A DNA stretch of 64,000 bases, taken from Eledone cirrhosa (Eukaryota). The stretch spans positions 8,184,001 to 8,248,000 of the forward strand of contig OZ024758.1 in NCBI GenBank assembly GCA_964016885.1. Direction: 5' to 3'. Of this stretch, positions 26,940-41,365 are shown piece after piece. The notes below the pieces were generated by a model, which was not told the DNA's origin, made no database searches, and saw nothing but the letters and a program-made list of their open reading frames with translations. Position 1 is the stretch's first letter, and the number at the start of each line of letters is the position of its first letter. Position numbers and translations under genes: made by a program.

Positions 26940-27003
26940 AATATTAGACAGGAACAAAAAACAGAGGGACAGTACAAATGGTAGTTAATTAGGTTCACGC
27001 TTT

Positions 27004-27106
<103 letters not shown>

Positions 27107-27229
27107 GGAGGTGACTTTTATTGTAGTACAATAAAGCAATGCAGATATCGGATAAGAAGCACTCTACAGTTTGTAGGACTGGAGTATACATAATATAAGA
27201 TCAAAAGATGGTTAAAGGAGTTCCATGTA

Positions 27230-27296
27230 TTTTATTATGCGCATTTCAAAAACAAACATCATCATGCAATAATATTTGTGTTTTCATCAGATAAAA
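27230..27296 (-). ncRNA. Mirror copy of the type I hammerhead ribozyme
   Basis: Reverse complement of 27411-27477 within the same fold-back. Confidence 0.78.
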
Positions 27297-27410
27297 CAGG
27301 AGAACATGATATGAAGGCTAAAAAACACTTGTGGATAGTGCAGTTTGATATGTTGATTTAAAACTGCACTATCCACAAGTGTTTTTTAGCCTTCATATCA
27401 TGTTCTCCTG

Positions 27411-27477
27411 TTTTATCTGATGAAAACACAAATATTATTGCATGATGATGTTTGTTTTTGAAATGCGCATAATAAAA
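27411..27477 (+). ncRNA. Type I hammerhead ribozyme with palindromic stem III
   Basis: Stem I UUUUAU/AUAAAA; CUGAUGA at 27417-27423; long stem II; GAAA at 27460-27463; stem III AUGCGCAU; predicted cleavage after AUA at 27471. Confidence 0.8.
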
Positions 27478-27509
27478 TACATGGAACTCCTTTAACCATC
27501 TTTTGATCT

Positions 27510-27556
<47 letters not shown>

Positions 27557-27580
27557 TTGCGAGGTTTTTTATATGAAATC

Positions 27581-27645
<65 letters not shown>

Positions 27646-28088
27646 CTTTCTCTACCCAATTCTTTTTATCCCAATAACTTTATTTAGTTATTGCTCGCGC
27701 TGGCCTGAGGTATCTGATCTTTAATGCGAAGAAATACCTATGATGGTCAGAAGATCACTGATGATGGATAGTCCTGGCTTCTTACTCTAATTTTAATTCA
27801 TATGTATATAGTAATAATAATAAATTTGAAGACTAAAATCCGAAGAGGGCTCGATAAGGATAAATATATATCAAATATATAAGAATCGTAGAGCAAATAT
27901 TTATTAAAATAACAGATTAAAGTTTAAGCAAAGAATCGCTGCTTTCACCCTTAACGGGATCATCTGAAACTAACAAAGTCAATCTGAGATTGACTTTGTT
28001 AATTTCAGAAGATCCCGTTAAGGGTGAAAGCAGCGATTCTTTGCTTAAACTTTAATCTGTTATTTTAATAAATAAATATATGTATATA

Positions 28089-28119
<31 letters not shown>

Positions 28120-28389
28120 TTGTATATATATATATATCAAGTAAGTATGTTTTGAAACAGTGAGCGAGTTTGAAATTAGAAAATATATAGCTTTCACCGT
28201 ATTTTTGACTAAAGGAATTTTAGCTTGATAACGGGGTTTAGAACCCTCAGATAAATGGAAAAAGATGAGTATTGACGTACAGTATTGACGTACATGTACG
28301 TCAATACTCATCTTTTTCCATTTATCTGAGGGTTCTAAACCCCGTTATCAAGCTAAAATTCCTTTAGTCAAAAATACGGTGAAAGCTAT

Positions 28390-28436
<47 letters not shown>

Positions 28437-28677
28437 TTTTGAGTTTATGTTGGTTGTATACCAACACCTCAGTATGCAGGCTGGAGCACTCGACGAAGTG
28501 CGCAGGTTGGTTTGGTTACTCCGGAGTAGTGTAAAATAAAGTTAAATAAAAGTCAAATGATTAAAATTTAGCTTCGTTTATTACTGCTATATATATGGCC
28601 AAAGATGGCTGTCACTGAAATATATATAGCAGTAATAAACGAAGCTAAATTTTAATCATTTGACTTTTATTTAACTT

Positions 28678-28731
<54 letters not shown>

Positions 28732-29088
28732 TATACACAGTATGTGCGTGTTATTTTAAGTACTGAGACAACGTGTTTCAGAATATATTGTAAATAAATG
28801 TGCATGCGCATGTGTCATTGTCGGCAGTTTGTAAGAAGAGGTTCCGTTGGCTGCAGATCTCAGGGACGGTGCAAGACCGACGCTTGTGTCCTCGTTCCAG
28901 CCTGTTAACATTGTGCAGAAACAAGTGTAGGTGTCAGCAGTAGGCTGATGACGTCAAACAGACGGTAACCAATCTATGTAACACCTGTTTATCGAACGTA
29001 CACGTGTAAATATATATTTGTGTGTGTGTGTATGTGTGTGTGTGTGTTCGCGTGTATGTATGTATATGTATATATATATATGTCTGTG

Positions 29089-29140
<52 letters not shown>

Positions 29141-29240
29141 TATGTGTGTGTATGTGTGTATATGTATATATATATACACAGACACACATACATGTAAATA
29201 TATATATATATATATATATATGTGTGTATGTGTGTATATG

Positions 29241-29275
<35 letters not shown>

Positions 29276-29369
29276 GTACATGTAAATATATATATATATA
29301 TATACACAACCTGAGCGCGCGTATGTCTCTGTGTGTGTGATTATATATATATATGTATGTATGACTAAA

Positions 29370-29400
<31 letters not shown>

Positions 29401-30324
29401 TGGGAGTTACCAGTTTAGACTAGTAAGATCATATTCAACTATGTTCTCCTTACTTGGCAAAGTAGAGTGTATGTATAGTGAAAGTTTAGTGCCCGTCGGC
29501 TGAGCTGTTGCCTTTTCAAACGGGGCGAGTGGATGACTGAATTACTTGTTCATTTTCAGCTATTTCCATATGCTGTTTCTTCAGGGTCGAGGATGTATGG
29601 GGGGGGGAGGTCATTGGAGAAAAGGATGTAGTTGGGGGTGGATGGTGACAAGTGTACTATTGGGGGGGGGGGGGGGTGACTTTGATAGTCACGAAGGTCT
29701 TTCACGACGTCTGCGAATATTTCAGCTAACTCTCGTAAATATTCAAGTACAAAAGTACCTCTTCAACTTTATTTATTCATAATCATTTAGAAAGCCAATC
29801 CTTATAACCATTTATGATATTTTAGATTAGATATATTAAATAGAAACCCAAAGAAACTGTTAGTCTGTATCGGCAACAATTAGTCCATTTGTTGTACTAT
29901 CATAAACTTATCGAAATTGTAACCCTTGAAGGATTTTTTAATAAAGTAAAATGCTTGTTATTTGAACCATTTCATGAAATCAAGTCATCTGTAGTAACTA
30001 AATTCATCCAGTCCTTATATTAGGTAGGTTTATCATCTGTGTTTTAGTACCTTCATTTTTTAAACTTGTTTTTCTTTTTGCTATAGGTTTACATGAATGC
30101 AATGCGTGTAAGAGACACTGAAATAATTAGCTATTTGTATACTAAGACATTGCACACCTGTTTGTTATAAGAAAAATAGGACATTTGTTCCAGTTTGTTG
30201 GCATAATGTATATATATATGTGTGTGTGTGTGTGTATGCGCGTGAATGTGTGTGTCTGTGTGTGTCTGTGTGTGTGCATACATACATATATATCTATATA
30301 TATCTATATATATCTATATATAAA

Positions 30325-30385
<61 letters not shown>

Positions 30386-30586
30386 ATACTTGGGGAGGGT
30401 CATATTTGTGTAATATTGCCAGAATTAATAATTAATAACAGAACACACTCACTGTTTGGTTGGTTTTCGCTTCTGTGTCTTTTATATCGGTAATCTAATT
30501 TATTCGGTCCTCAATGTTGCCATTGACTGACCAACGGTCAAAAATAATACAGATACAATATAGACACAAACGCATATATATAGTTT

Positions 30587-30628
30587 ATCAAAGTTCTTTC
30601 GTTGCACATCTGCAACATCGTCAGTGGT
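30587..30628 (-). ncRNA. Hammerhead ribozyme motif
   Basis: CUGACGA-U-GUUGCA gaug UGCAAC-GAAAG AA CUU; stem II covaries with the copy at 2775-2816. Confidence 0.65.
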
Positions 30629-30752
30629 GCTATTGTTTCCTCCCGTTGCATTGTATTTTCTACGCCATCTTTATTTAGTCTGTTTATATCAAACAATATT
30701 TGTTTCGACACACGATTTCATATCAAAAACCTCGCAAACTAATTCATCGCCG

Positions 30753-30796
<44 letters not shown>

Positions 30797-31149
30797 TAAA
30801 ATAACAGATTAAAGTTTAAGCAAAGAATCGCTGCTTTCACTCTTAACGGAATCTTCTGAAAGAAGGATAAATATATATATTGATCCTTATCGAGCCCTCT
30901 TTGGATTTTAGTCTTCAAATTTATTATTATTACTATATATATATATATGTATGTATGTATATGTCCATTTATATATCTATAATTGTGTATGTATATGTAT
31001 ATATTTATATATATATAAATATTTAGAAAGCCGTAGGTATGCAAAAACACTGGCGGCTTTCTAAATGTTTATTTATAAACATACCGTATTTCTTTAGAAA
31101 TACGAAATTCAAATACACATTTGTATACAGCTATGTGTGTGTGTGTGAG

Positions 31150-31203
<54 letters not shown>

Positions 31204-31749
31204 ATATATATACATATATACATATGCGTGTGTGTACGTGCATATATATATATATATACGTGTGTGTGTGTGTAAGGGCGCACACACACATACACACACA
31301 CAGACACACACACATACACACACACATACACACATACACACACACGTACTACAAGGAAGATATATTTAAGATTTTCAAAGGTTGTAGGAGAGGGTGTAAA
31401 GAACAAAAGGTTTGTACAACAATAAATACAAGGTGGAGTCACACAAAATGGCTGAAGTTATTAACATGTCTTCTTCTTCTTCTTTTTCTTCTTTTTTTCT
31501 TATTTTTCTTTTTCTTCTTTTCCTTTTTCTCCTACTCCTCCTTTTTTCTTCTCTTTCTGCTCCTTTTTTCTTTTTCGTTTTCTTTTCTTCTACTATTATT
31601 AATATTATTATTGTTGTTGTTGTTGTTGTTATTATTATTGTCATTTCTCTAATTATTTATATATTTATGTCAGTGTCCACCTTTTGTGACCTGACTGTTG
31701 AGTCACGAGATAAGTGCAACAATCTAGCACAACAGCACCTCCTTATATT

Positions 31750-32333
31750 CACACCTACACATACACACATACTCACATATACACACATATACATACATAC
31801 ACACACACATATACATACACACACACATACACACATACATACACACATACACACATACTCACATATACACACACATACACACATATACACACATACATAC
31901 ATATACACACATATACATACATATACACACATACACACATACATACATACATACATATACACATATACATACACACATATACATACACACATACACACAT
32001 ACATATACAAACACACATACACACACACACACATACAAACATACATACATACATACATGTATACATACATACATGCAAACATACATACATGCAAACATAC
32101 ATACATACATGCATACATACATACATACATACATACAAACAAACATACATGCAAACATACATACATACATGCATACATACATGCATACATGTATACATAC
32201 ATACATACATGCAAACATACATACATGCAAACATACATACATACATACATACATACATACATACATGCAAACATACATACATACATGTATACATACGTAC
32301 AATCAAACATAACATACATACAGGCATGCATAG

Positions 32334-32417
<84 letters not shown>
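31750..32417. repeat. (CA)n/(TACA)n microsatellite array
   Basis: Direct inspection. Confidence 0.9.
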
Positions 32418-32422
<5 letters not shown>

Positions 32423-32629
32423 CGCTGACACCGAAGCAGGACTGTCACCATGACAACCAAGCTATTATTTATGTTTTTATATATTTATTTGTTGTTTGTT
32501 TGTTAATTAGTTGTTTGTTTCCCGCGCTAATCTGTAGAGGCGGAAGTTGAGTTTGATAGATAAATTAGGGGGTTTGACGAGATGGAAATAGAAAGGACAG
32601 GGTTTTGTAAGGGTTGGGCATTGAGGAAG

Positions 32630-33533
32630 GCAGCAGCAGCAGCAGGAATAACAACAGTAACAACAGCAACAACAGCAATAACAACAGCAACAGCAGCAAC
32701 AGCAGCAATAGCAATAACAACAGCAACAGCAGCAATAGCAACTGCCTCAACAGCAGCAACAACAGTAACAACAGTAATAACAGCAACAGCAGCAACAGCA
32801 ACAGAAATAGCAACTGCCTCAACAATAGCAACAGCAGCAACAGTAACAACAGCAACAACAGCAACAATAGCAACAATAGCAATAACAACAGCAACAGCAG
32901 CAACAGCAGCAACAGCAATAACAACAGCAGCAGCAGCAATAGCAACAGCAGCAACAGCAGCAGCAACAACAGTAACAACAGCAGCAATAGCAACTGCCTC
33001 AACAGTAGCAGCAACAGTAGCAACAGCAACAGTAGCAACAGTAGCAACAGCTACAACAGTAACAGCAGCAACAGCAGCAACAGCAACAGTAGCAATAGCA
33101 GCAGCAACAGTAGCAATAGAAACAGCAGCAACAGTAACAATAACAACAACAACAACAACAGTAGCACCAGCAGCAGCAATGGTGGTGGTTGTTGTGGTGG
33201 TGATGGTGGTGGCGGTGATGGTGGTGGTTGTGGTGGGAGTGGTGGTGGCGGTGATGGTGGTGGCGGTGATGGTGGTGGTTGTGGTGGGAGTGGTGGTGGC
33301 GGTGATGGTGGTGGCGGTGATGGTGGTGACGGTGATGGTAGTGGTTGTGGTGGTTGTTGTTGTTGTGGTGGTGGTGGTGGTGGTGGTGGTGGTTATGGTG
33401 TTGGTGGTGGTGATAGTGATGATGATGGTGGTGGTGGTGGTGGTTGTGATGGTCGTGCTGGTGGTGGTGGTGATGATGATGATGATGATCATCATCATGA
33501 TGATGATGATGGTGGTGGTGGTGATGGTGATAG

Positions 33534-33591
<58 letters not shown>

Positions 33592-33608
33592 GGTGGTGAT
33601 GGTGATGG

Positions 33609-33654
<46 letters not shown>

Positions 33655-33665
33655 GATGGTGATGG

Positions 33666-33720
<55 letters not shown>

Positions 33721-33753
33721 GATGATGGTGGTGATGATGATGATGATGATGAA
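32630..33753. repeat. Compound trinucleotide array: (GCA/ACA)n then (GGT/GAT)n
   Basis: Direct inspection. Confidence 0.9.
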
Positions 33754-34227
33754 GACTGACAATTGTACTGAAAGGTGGGGGGGGGGGGAGAACTGATAGA
33801 TGATAACAAGTTATTATGTTTGTAAAAAGGAAATAACAAGTTACTAGTCAGGTTTGACAAGTTTTCAACATTCGCAGTGATGCAAGTATTGTGTTGAGTT
33901 AAAACTTGTAACATATAGAGCCATTGTAGTACTTCCTTTCTCATTCCTACCATATTTGCTGGCAGATATGTAAAGCGGAAGTTGTACTGCAGCTAATAGC
34001 TTCCGGTATCACTATAGCAACATCTTAACTAACAAATTATGATACATTTTATGATACAAATTATGATACATTCTAAATACATCGAGACACGTATATGGAA
34101 ACATATACATAGAAACACGCATATAGAAACACATAGACATACATATATACGTACATACACGTACACATATACACTCACGTATGTATGTATGTATGTATGT
34201 ATGTATGTATGTATGTATGTATGTATG

Positions 34228-34715
34228 CAGGACTAAAAACAAAACCTGTCAAAGGGCAAAGGAGCTCTTAAGAGTCAATGGCGATCCAAAATCACCGGGA
34301 GAGATGACCCCTTAGCCTTTATCAAGGCAGAATTCTAGGAGAAGGAAAACTCTGATATAACACCTGCAACCCTGATGGTATCCAATGATGTTGACTTGTT
34401 CTTCTTTTTGGTAAATATCATCTTGATTAAGAGAGTGGGACTGGCTTTGTGCAGTGCCTTTGCTCACTATAAAAGCTTTACGGCACAGGCATTGCTTTAT
34501 ATCTGGAGATCTCTCTGCACTTGTCGTCACATGGTACCATGGGCCCAGCACTATGTGTCAATAATTGTCAAAAGTGTAGTGTTTGTACCAGAGTTTTCAA
34601 GTCGCTGGCTGTACTAAAAAGTCACACTCGTTCAGCGCATCGGTAGGGGTTCTCCTACATGGATATAAAGTAGTGGCCGTACTCGAAAACGAATTGGCAG
34701 CCACCATATGTATGT
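34228..34715 (+). mobile_element. RTE-derived short element, copy 2 (possibly longer 5' end)
   Basis: Homology to copy 1; preceded by (TATG)n. Confidence 0.75.
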
Positions 34716-34759
34716 ATACTTACGTGCACGCATATAAAAGTAGTATATATTTAACTCCC

Positions 34760-34808
<49 letters not shown>

Positions 34809-34965
34809 AAATAAACAACACAATATAAGTATTCCATTACCAAAGGTTTCAGGAAACTAGACGATCCTAACAGAAACGTCCAGTACGTTCATCAGATGAA
34901 ATATTTCATCTGATGAGCGTACTGGACGTTTCTGCAAGAATCCTCTAGTTTCCTGAAACCTTTGG

Positions 34966-36544
34966 TTATTCAAATTTTGTACAGTAAATATATGTAGAGA
35001 GGGGAGAGGCGGGCGGGGTATGAATGTAAACAGAGTCAAGCGTCTAGTACAGTTGTAAGATATTTTCCTTCGTAGACAGGAAGTTGCCAAGTAAACGTCA
35101 CGTGCTATACTGACAAAGGTGAGAGTGGACGATGTGTTTTCTAAGAAAGCATTGACACATTTTCAAATAATTATAGCTTCGAGGAAGACGAACACAGATA
35201 TCTAACAGTGGAACAGAGCTGGGACTTGTGCCAGGCATTCCGTCAACCTTTTTATATTGTTATTCTTTCAGTTTTTATAAACAAACGCTCTGTTCCTTCT
35301 AAGTCATGTTATCGCTAAGACATTATGATCGTAAGTCCAACACCCTTACCACTAGGCCACGGGCCTCCCTAAGTCATGTTATTACTAAGATATCATGATC
35401 GTAAGTCCGACACACTTACCACTAGGCCACGGGCCTCCCTAAGTCATGTTATTACTAAGATATCATGATCGTAAGTCCGACACACTTACCACTAGGCCAC
35501 GGGCCTCCCTAAGTCATGTTATCGCTAAGACATTATGATCGTAAGTCCAACACCCTTACCACTAGGCCACGGGCCTCCCTAAGTCCTGTTATCACTAAGA
35601 CATTATGATCGTTAGTCCAACGCCCTTACCACTAGGCCACGGGCCTCTCTAAGATATTAGAGACTGCTCAATGATTTTTATATAATGTCACAGGGTTTTC
35701 ATGAGATTGTGAGATTTTGTACATTGAATATGTTAGTTGTTCAGACAGACACAACAGGCTTCTTTCCATCGACTACAAATCTAGAAATGGAGGCCAGGTA
35801 TTTGTCAACAAGTAGGTTCCTGTAGACTTGTTCTAGTTTTTCGGCCTTTTCTTGATGTTATTGTTGAAACTCAGCTGAACAACAGAACTGTACATTCACC
35901 AACTTCATATCGATCGTAGCATATACTTCTTAAAATAAACAAACAAACAAAAAAACACATTATAAACTAACTAGTATGACCATCACCATCACCACAACAA
36001 CCACCACCACCACAATAACCACCACCACCACCACCACCACCACAACCACCTCCACTACTATCATTACCACCACCACCACCAGCAGCAGCACCGCCACCGC
36101 CGCCACCACCACCATCACCAGCACCAGCACCAGCACCAGCATCTCCACCAGCAACATCTCCACCACCACCACCACCACCAACCACCACCAGCATCCCCAC
36201 CACCACCAACCACCACCACCACCACCACCACCACCATCAACACCATCAACACAATTTAGCGGTACTGGTAACATGTAACCCAGTATTCCTGTCCTGTTCT
36301 GTTCTGTTCTGTTCTGTATTTCTTTCTCTCCCCCCACCACACCCCATTCTCCCCCCACCCCACCCCACCACGCCCATTCACCCTCCTCCCCACCCCACCC
36401 CCACACACACCCCAACTTGTGTCTTCCAATCTCCCTCACGTGCCGTCTCCTCACCTGTCCAAACAGCCACAAATTAATGAGAGAAAGCTCTTCTTCCAAA
36501 ATTAGCAACACAAGTCGGAACTTGCACCACGATGAAACAACTGA

Positions 36545-36587
<43 letters not shown>

Positions 36588-36828
36588 TACTACTACTACT
36601 ACTGCTGCCACTGCTACTGCTAATACTGCTGCTACTGCTACTACTACTGCTGCTGCGGCTACTTTTGAAGCCTGATAACGACATCACAATTTCCGTTAAT
36701 AGATGACTACGTACAACATTATATAGCCAATGTGACCACACACATACACACACACAGGCACACACAGACATACACGCAAATAAACATACATCTACATACA
36801 CATATAAATATAGACACAAACACATATA

Positions 36829-36874
<46 letters not shown>

Positions 36875-38125
36875 GAGACATGGATAGTGAAGCGAAAAAT
36901 AAATGTACTCAGTAGATGTAATATACATAGTTTATATATAATATATATAGCTTATATATAATATATATAGTTTAGTTTATATATAATATATATAGTTTAT
37001 ATATAATATATATAGTTTATATATATATATATATAGTTTATATATATATATAGTTTATATACAATATATGTAGTTTATATATAATATATATATATAGTTT
37101 ATATATAATATATATATAGCTTATATATAATTGTTTCTACTTTAGGCAGAAGACCAGCAATTACCCAGTGCATTACTGGTACTTTATTTTATTATTTTAT
37201 CGACCCCGTAAGGATGAAAGGCAAAGTCAACCTCGGCGAGATTTGAATTCAGATCGTAAAGAGACGTAACTATGCTGGAAAGCATGGCGTCCGACCCTCT
37301 ACCGATACTACCAATCCACCGCTCATATATTATATATAAACTATATAATATATATATATAGTTTTTATATATAATATATATAGTTTCCATAGTTTGGTTG
37401 ACTGCTACCATACTACACACAATACGGTGGAAAGAAGCCTGTAGTCGATGGAAACAAGTCGTGAAAACCCTGTGACATTATATAAAAATCATTAAGCAGT
37501 CTCTAATATCTTAGAGGCCCGTGGCCTAGTGGTAAGGGTGTTGGAATTACAATCATAATGTCTTAGTGATAACATGACTTAGGGAGGCCCGTGGCCTAGT
37601 GGTAAGTGTGTCGGACTTACGATCATGATGTCTTAGTAATAACATGACTTAGGGAGGCCCGTGGCCTAGTGGTAAGGGTGTTGGACTTACGATCATAATG
37701 TCTTAGTAATAACACGACTTAGGGAGGCCCGTGGCCTAGTGGTAAGTGTGTCGGACTTACGATCATAAAGTCTTAGTAATAACACGACTTAGAAGGAACA
37801 GAGCGTTTGTTTATAAAAACTGAAAGAATAACAATATAAAAAGGTTGACGGAATGCCTGGCACAAGTCCCAGCTCTGTTCCACTGTTAGATATCTGTGTT
37901 CGTCTTCCTCGAAGCTATAATTATTTGAAAATGTGTCAATGCTTTCTTAGAAAACACATCGTCCACTCTCACCTTTGTCAGTATAGCACGTGACGTTTAC
38001 TTGGCAACTTCCTGTCTACGAAGGAAAACATCTTACAACTGTACTAGACGCTTGACTCTGTTTACATTCATACCCCGCCCGCCTCTCTCCTCTCTACATA
38101 TATTTACTGTACAAAATTTGAATAA
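34966..38125. repeat. Long inverted repeat (arms 34966-35701 and 37462-38125)
   Basis: Arms are near-identical reverse complements containing 5 and 4 copies of a 70-bp unit. Confidence 0.92.
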
Positions 38126-38339
38126 TCCTTCTTCCCACCACCCCTTAACGACCCTTTACCAGACATTAGTGCTCGGGGTTGCTTCGGAATATTCTCAGAG
38201 GCTACTTAACTTTGCAAGACCGACAACTTCCTCTTTGTACCTCTCTCCATCGATACCTCTGGCGGCCTTGGGCCCCACACTGCTGATTTCCTCCATAAAG
38301 TCTAAAAGACGGGGGGGGGCTTAAGGAGGGAGCCCTCGT

Positions 38340-38668
38340 GAGGTGAGGTGGCTGTTAAACATTAATCAGTATACACTGAGGATGAAGAATTCAGAGGTGT
38401 ACGGGAGCCTCCCAAAAGTCAGCTCGAAAGTAGCACAGAAGAGACTGAGGTTAGCTGGACATGCTCACCGACATCCAGGGTTGACACTGCACTCAGTGGT
38501 CGTGTGGGAGCCCCTGCATGGACACACTGGAAGAGGGAGATCGAACATGGCATATATTGATGCCCTAAGGACAGACACTGGTCTCTGGGAGACATGGCGG
38601 CGATGATGAAGGACAGAGACCGCTGGAGAGAACTCGTCCATGGATCTCAGGAATGTTATCCGCCTTAG
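38340..38668 (+). mobile_element. RTE/RTEX-like LINE 3' end
   Basis: VYGSLPKVSSKVAQKRLRLAGH...WEP.HG...GR; related short piece at about 26750-26860. Confidence 0.75.
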
Positions 38669-38676
38669 ATAGATAG

Positions 38677-38737
<61 letters not shown>

Positions 38738-38856
38738 GTTATTCCGGGTTGAATCGGAGGTAACCACAGTAAGTAAGGTACTCAATACATAGCAGAGTAT
38801 AACAGTTTTAATATAGATGAGATTCTACAGGACTAGAACTGTTTCATTCATTAGAA

Positions 38857-38913
38857 ATGAGATTCCTGATGATTTCTAATGAATGAAACAGTTCTAGTCC
38901 TGTAGAATCTCAT
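38857..38913 (+). ncRNA. Hammerhead ribozyme motif
   Basis: AUGAGAUUC-CUGAUGA-UUUC UAAU GAAU-GAAAC AGUUCUA GUC-CUGUA-GAAUCUCAU; related degenerate copy at about 55780-55825. Confidence 0.6.
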
Positions 38914-38919
38914 CTATAT

Positions 38920-38957
<38 letters not shown>

Positions 38958-39003
38958 CACACATATATATGTGAAAAGATTCAGGATCCCGACGGCTAGA
39001 TCC

Positions 39004-39066
<63 letters not shown>

Positions 39067-39435
39067 TGTGTCTATGTGTGTGTTTATAGGTGTATAACTT
39101 AAAGCTGGCCTCCGCGGGATTTGAACTCAGAACGTAAAGGGACGTAACTGAATGCCACAAGATATGTTTTATCTGACCCACTAACAATTCTTCCAATCCC
39201 CAACTCCTCCTCCTATTGTTTTAGCTGTTATTGTTGCTGCCTAATACGTAAGAGAAGCTGCATTCAGATTGTTACGTGTCAAGAAACTACAATGTCGAAT
39301 TAAAATAATAAAATAAATTAACCCAAAAAAGAAGAAAATAAGGCGGGAGATTTGTTGTCTTTCTATTATAATTTTCGCGGGAAATTTAGGGATTGTGTTT
39401 AAAGGAGAGAGAGAGAGAGAGAGAGTGTGTGTGTC

Positions 39436-39507
<72 letters not shown>

Positions 39508-39609
39508 TGTGTGTGTGTGTGAGAGAGTGCGAGAGAGAGTGCGAGAGAGTGTGTGTGTGTGAGAGTGCGAGAGAGAGAGAGAGTGCGAGAGAGTGTGTGT
39601 GTGAGAGAG

Positions 39610-39651
<42 letters not shown>

Positions 39652-39658
39652 CGAGAGA

Positions 39659-39695
<37 letters not shown>

Positions 39696-40864
39696 TGTGT
39701 GTGAGAGAGAGAGAGAGAGAGTGTGTGTGTGTGAGAGAGTGCGAGAGAGAGAGAGTGCGAGAGAGATTAAAGACAGGTATTAAAACAAAGATGTAGAAAT
39801 ATAGAAAAGTGAAACTTTTATAGAAAACAACAGATGTTATTGTTTCATTACGTCAAGCTATATACACACACAGACACATACATACATACACACAGACAGA
39901 CATACATACACAGACAGACATACATACATACACATACACAGACATACATACATACATACATACATACATACACACAGACATACACATACACAGACACAGA
40001 CAGACATACATACACACAGACATACGTACATACACACAGACATACACATACATACACACACATACACACACCCCACACATACACACACACACACACATAC
40101 ATATACACACACACACACACCCATGCAGCCTCTGTCTAGGGATCTCTCATGGTGAACATCCTAAACTAGAACTACATCTAACAGACTGGCTCTCCTCTTT
40201 AAAACCAGACTTCAACCCAACTTCTGATTCTCTATGTTTTAGTAAGACCTACAGGGTGGTCCGAAAGTCTTGTCACCACTACATATTGTTTTAACTTCCA
40301 TTATCTTTTTGATTGGCAGTATTGGTAGAGGGTCGGATACCATGCGTTGACGCATAGAGATACGACCCTTGCCATTCTGAGTCCAAATCCCGCCGAGGTT
40401 AACTTTGCCTTTCATCCTTACGGGGTCGATAAAATAAAGTACCAGTAATACACTGGGTAATTGCTGGCCTTGTGCCTAACGTAGAAACAATTTTTTTTTT
40501 GTTTTAATAATATAATATATAATATCATTGGCAGTATCGGTAGAGGATCGGACGCCATGCTTTGACGCATAGAGTTACGGCCCTTTCCATTCTGAGTTCA
40601 AATCCCGCCGAGGTTACCTTTGCCTTTCATCCTTACGGGGGTCGATAAAATAAAGTACCAGTAATACACTGTGGTACTTGCTGGCCTTGTGCCAAAAGTA
40701 GAAACAATTAATTATAATATATATAATAAAAAAAATTGTTTCTACTTTTGGCACAAGGCCAGCAATTACCCCAGTGCATTACTGGTACTTTATTTTATCG
40801 ACCCCGTAAGGATGAAAGGCAAAGTTAACCTCGGCGGGATTTAATAATATAATTTTCTATTTCA

Positions 40865-41035
40865 GAGCTCCTACAGTTTGGAAGAGAGGCTGCTTGCAAG
40901 TGTATGACACATGATCGTCTGCATTCTGGCAAGAGCATGGAGGATGTGTGACATGACCTCACTGCAAGATTCGGCAAACCAGCTCCTCCGAAGAGGGCGA
41001 TACTGCGATGGGAACATAAACTGTTTCTCATTAAT
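40865..41035 (+). mobile_element. Possible Tc1/mariner transposase N-terminal HTH fragment
   Basis: ARFGKPAPPKRAILRWEHKLF; a TIR-like TACAGGGTGGTCCGAAAGTC at about 40250 is separated from it by three SINEs. Confidence 0.45.
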
Positions 41036-41169
41036 TTTTGGTTAGGGGGATGACAAGACTTTCGGACCAGCCTGTACAACGAAGTAGTTCTCCCACGTCT
41101 GGAATGGGGCTGCTGTCATACATCCATACATCCTAGACCAAGTCCAGAAAATAGGGAAACTCATCTGAT

Positions 41170-41252
<83 letters not shown>

Positions 41253-41305
41253 AGGAGAGAGAGAGAGAATGTATAGTATTTTCTACTGTTTTTTTTCTTT
41301 TTTAC

Positions 41306-41365
<60 letters not shown>

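Noticed and set aside
32527-33796. Long ORFs of 381-411 aa rich in Thr/Ala/Val or Asn/Ser/Gly/Asp, superficially like a biomineral or antifreeze protein
   Set aside because: Open in several frames on both strands because the trinucleotide repeats lack stops; no signal peptide or non-repetitive domain.
36450-36550. Possible minus-strand exon ending CAG|GTGAGG
   Set aside because: No recognisable protein motif, acceptor site or partner exon.
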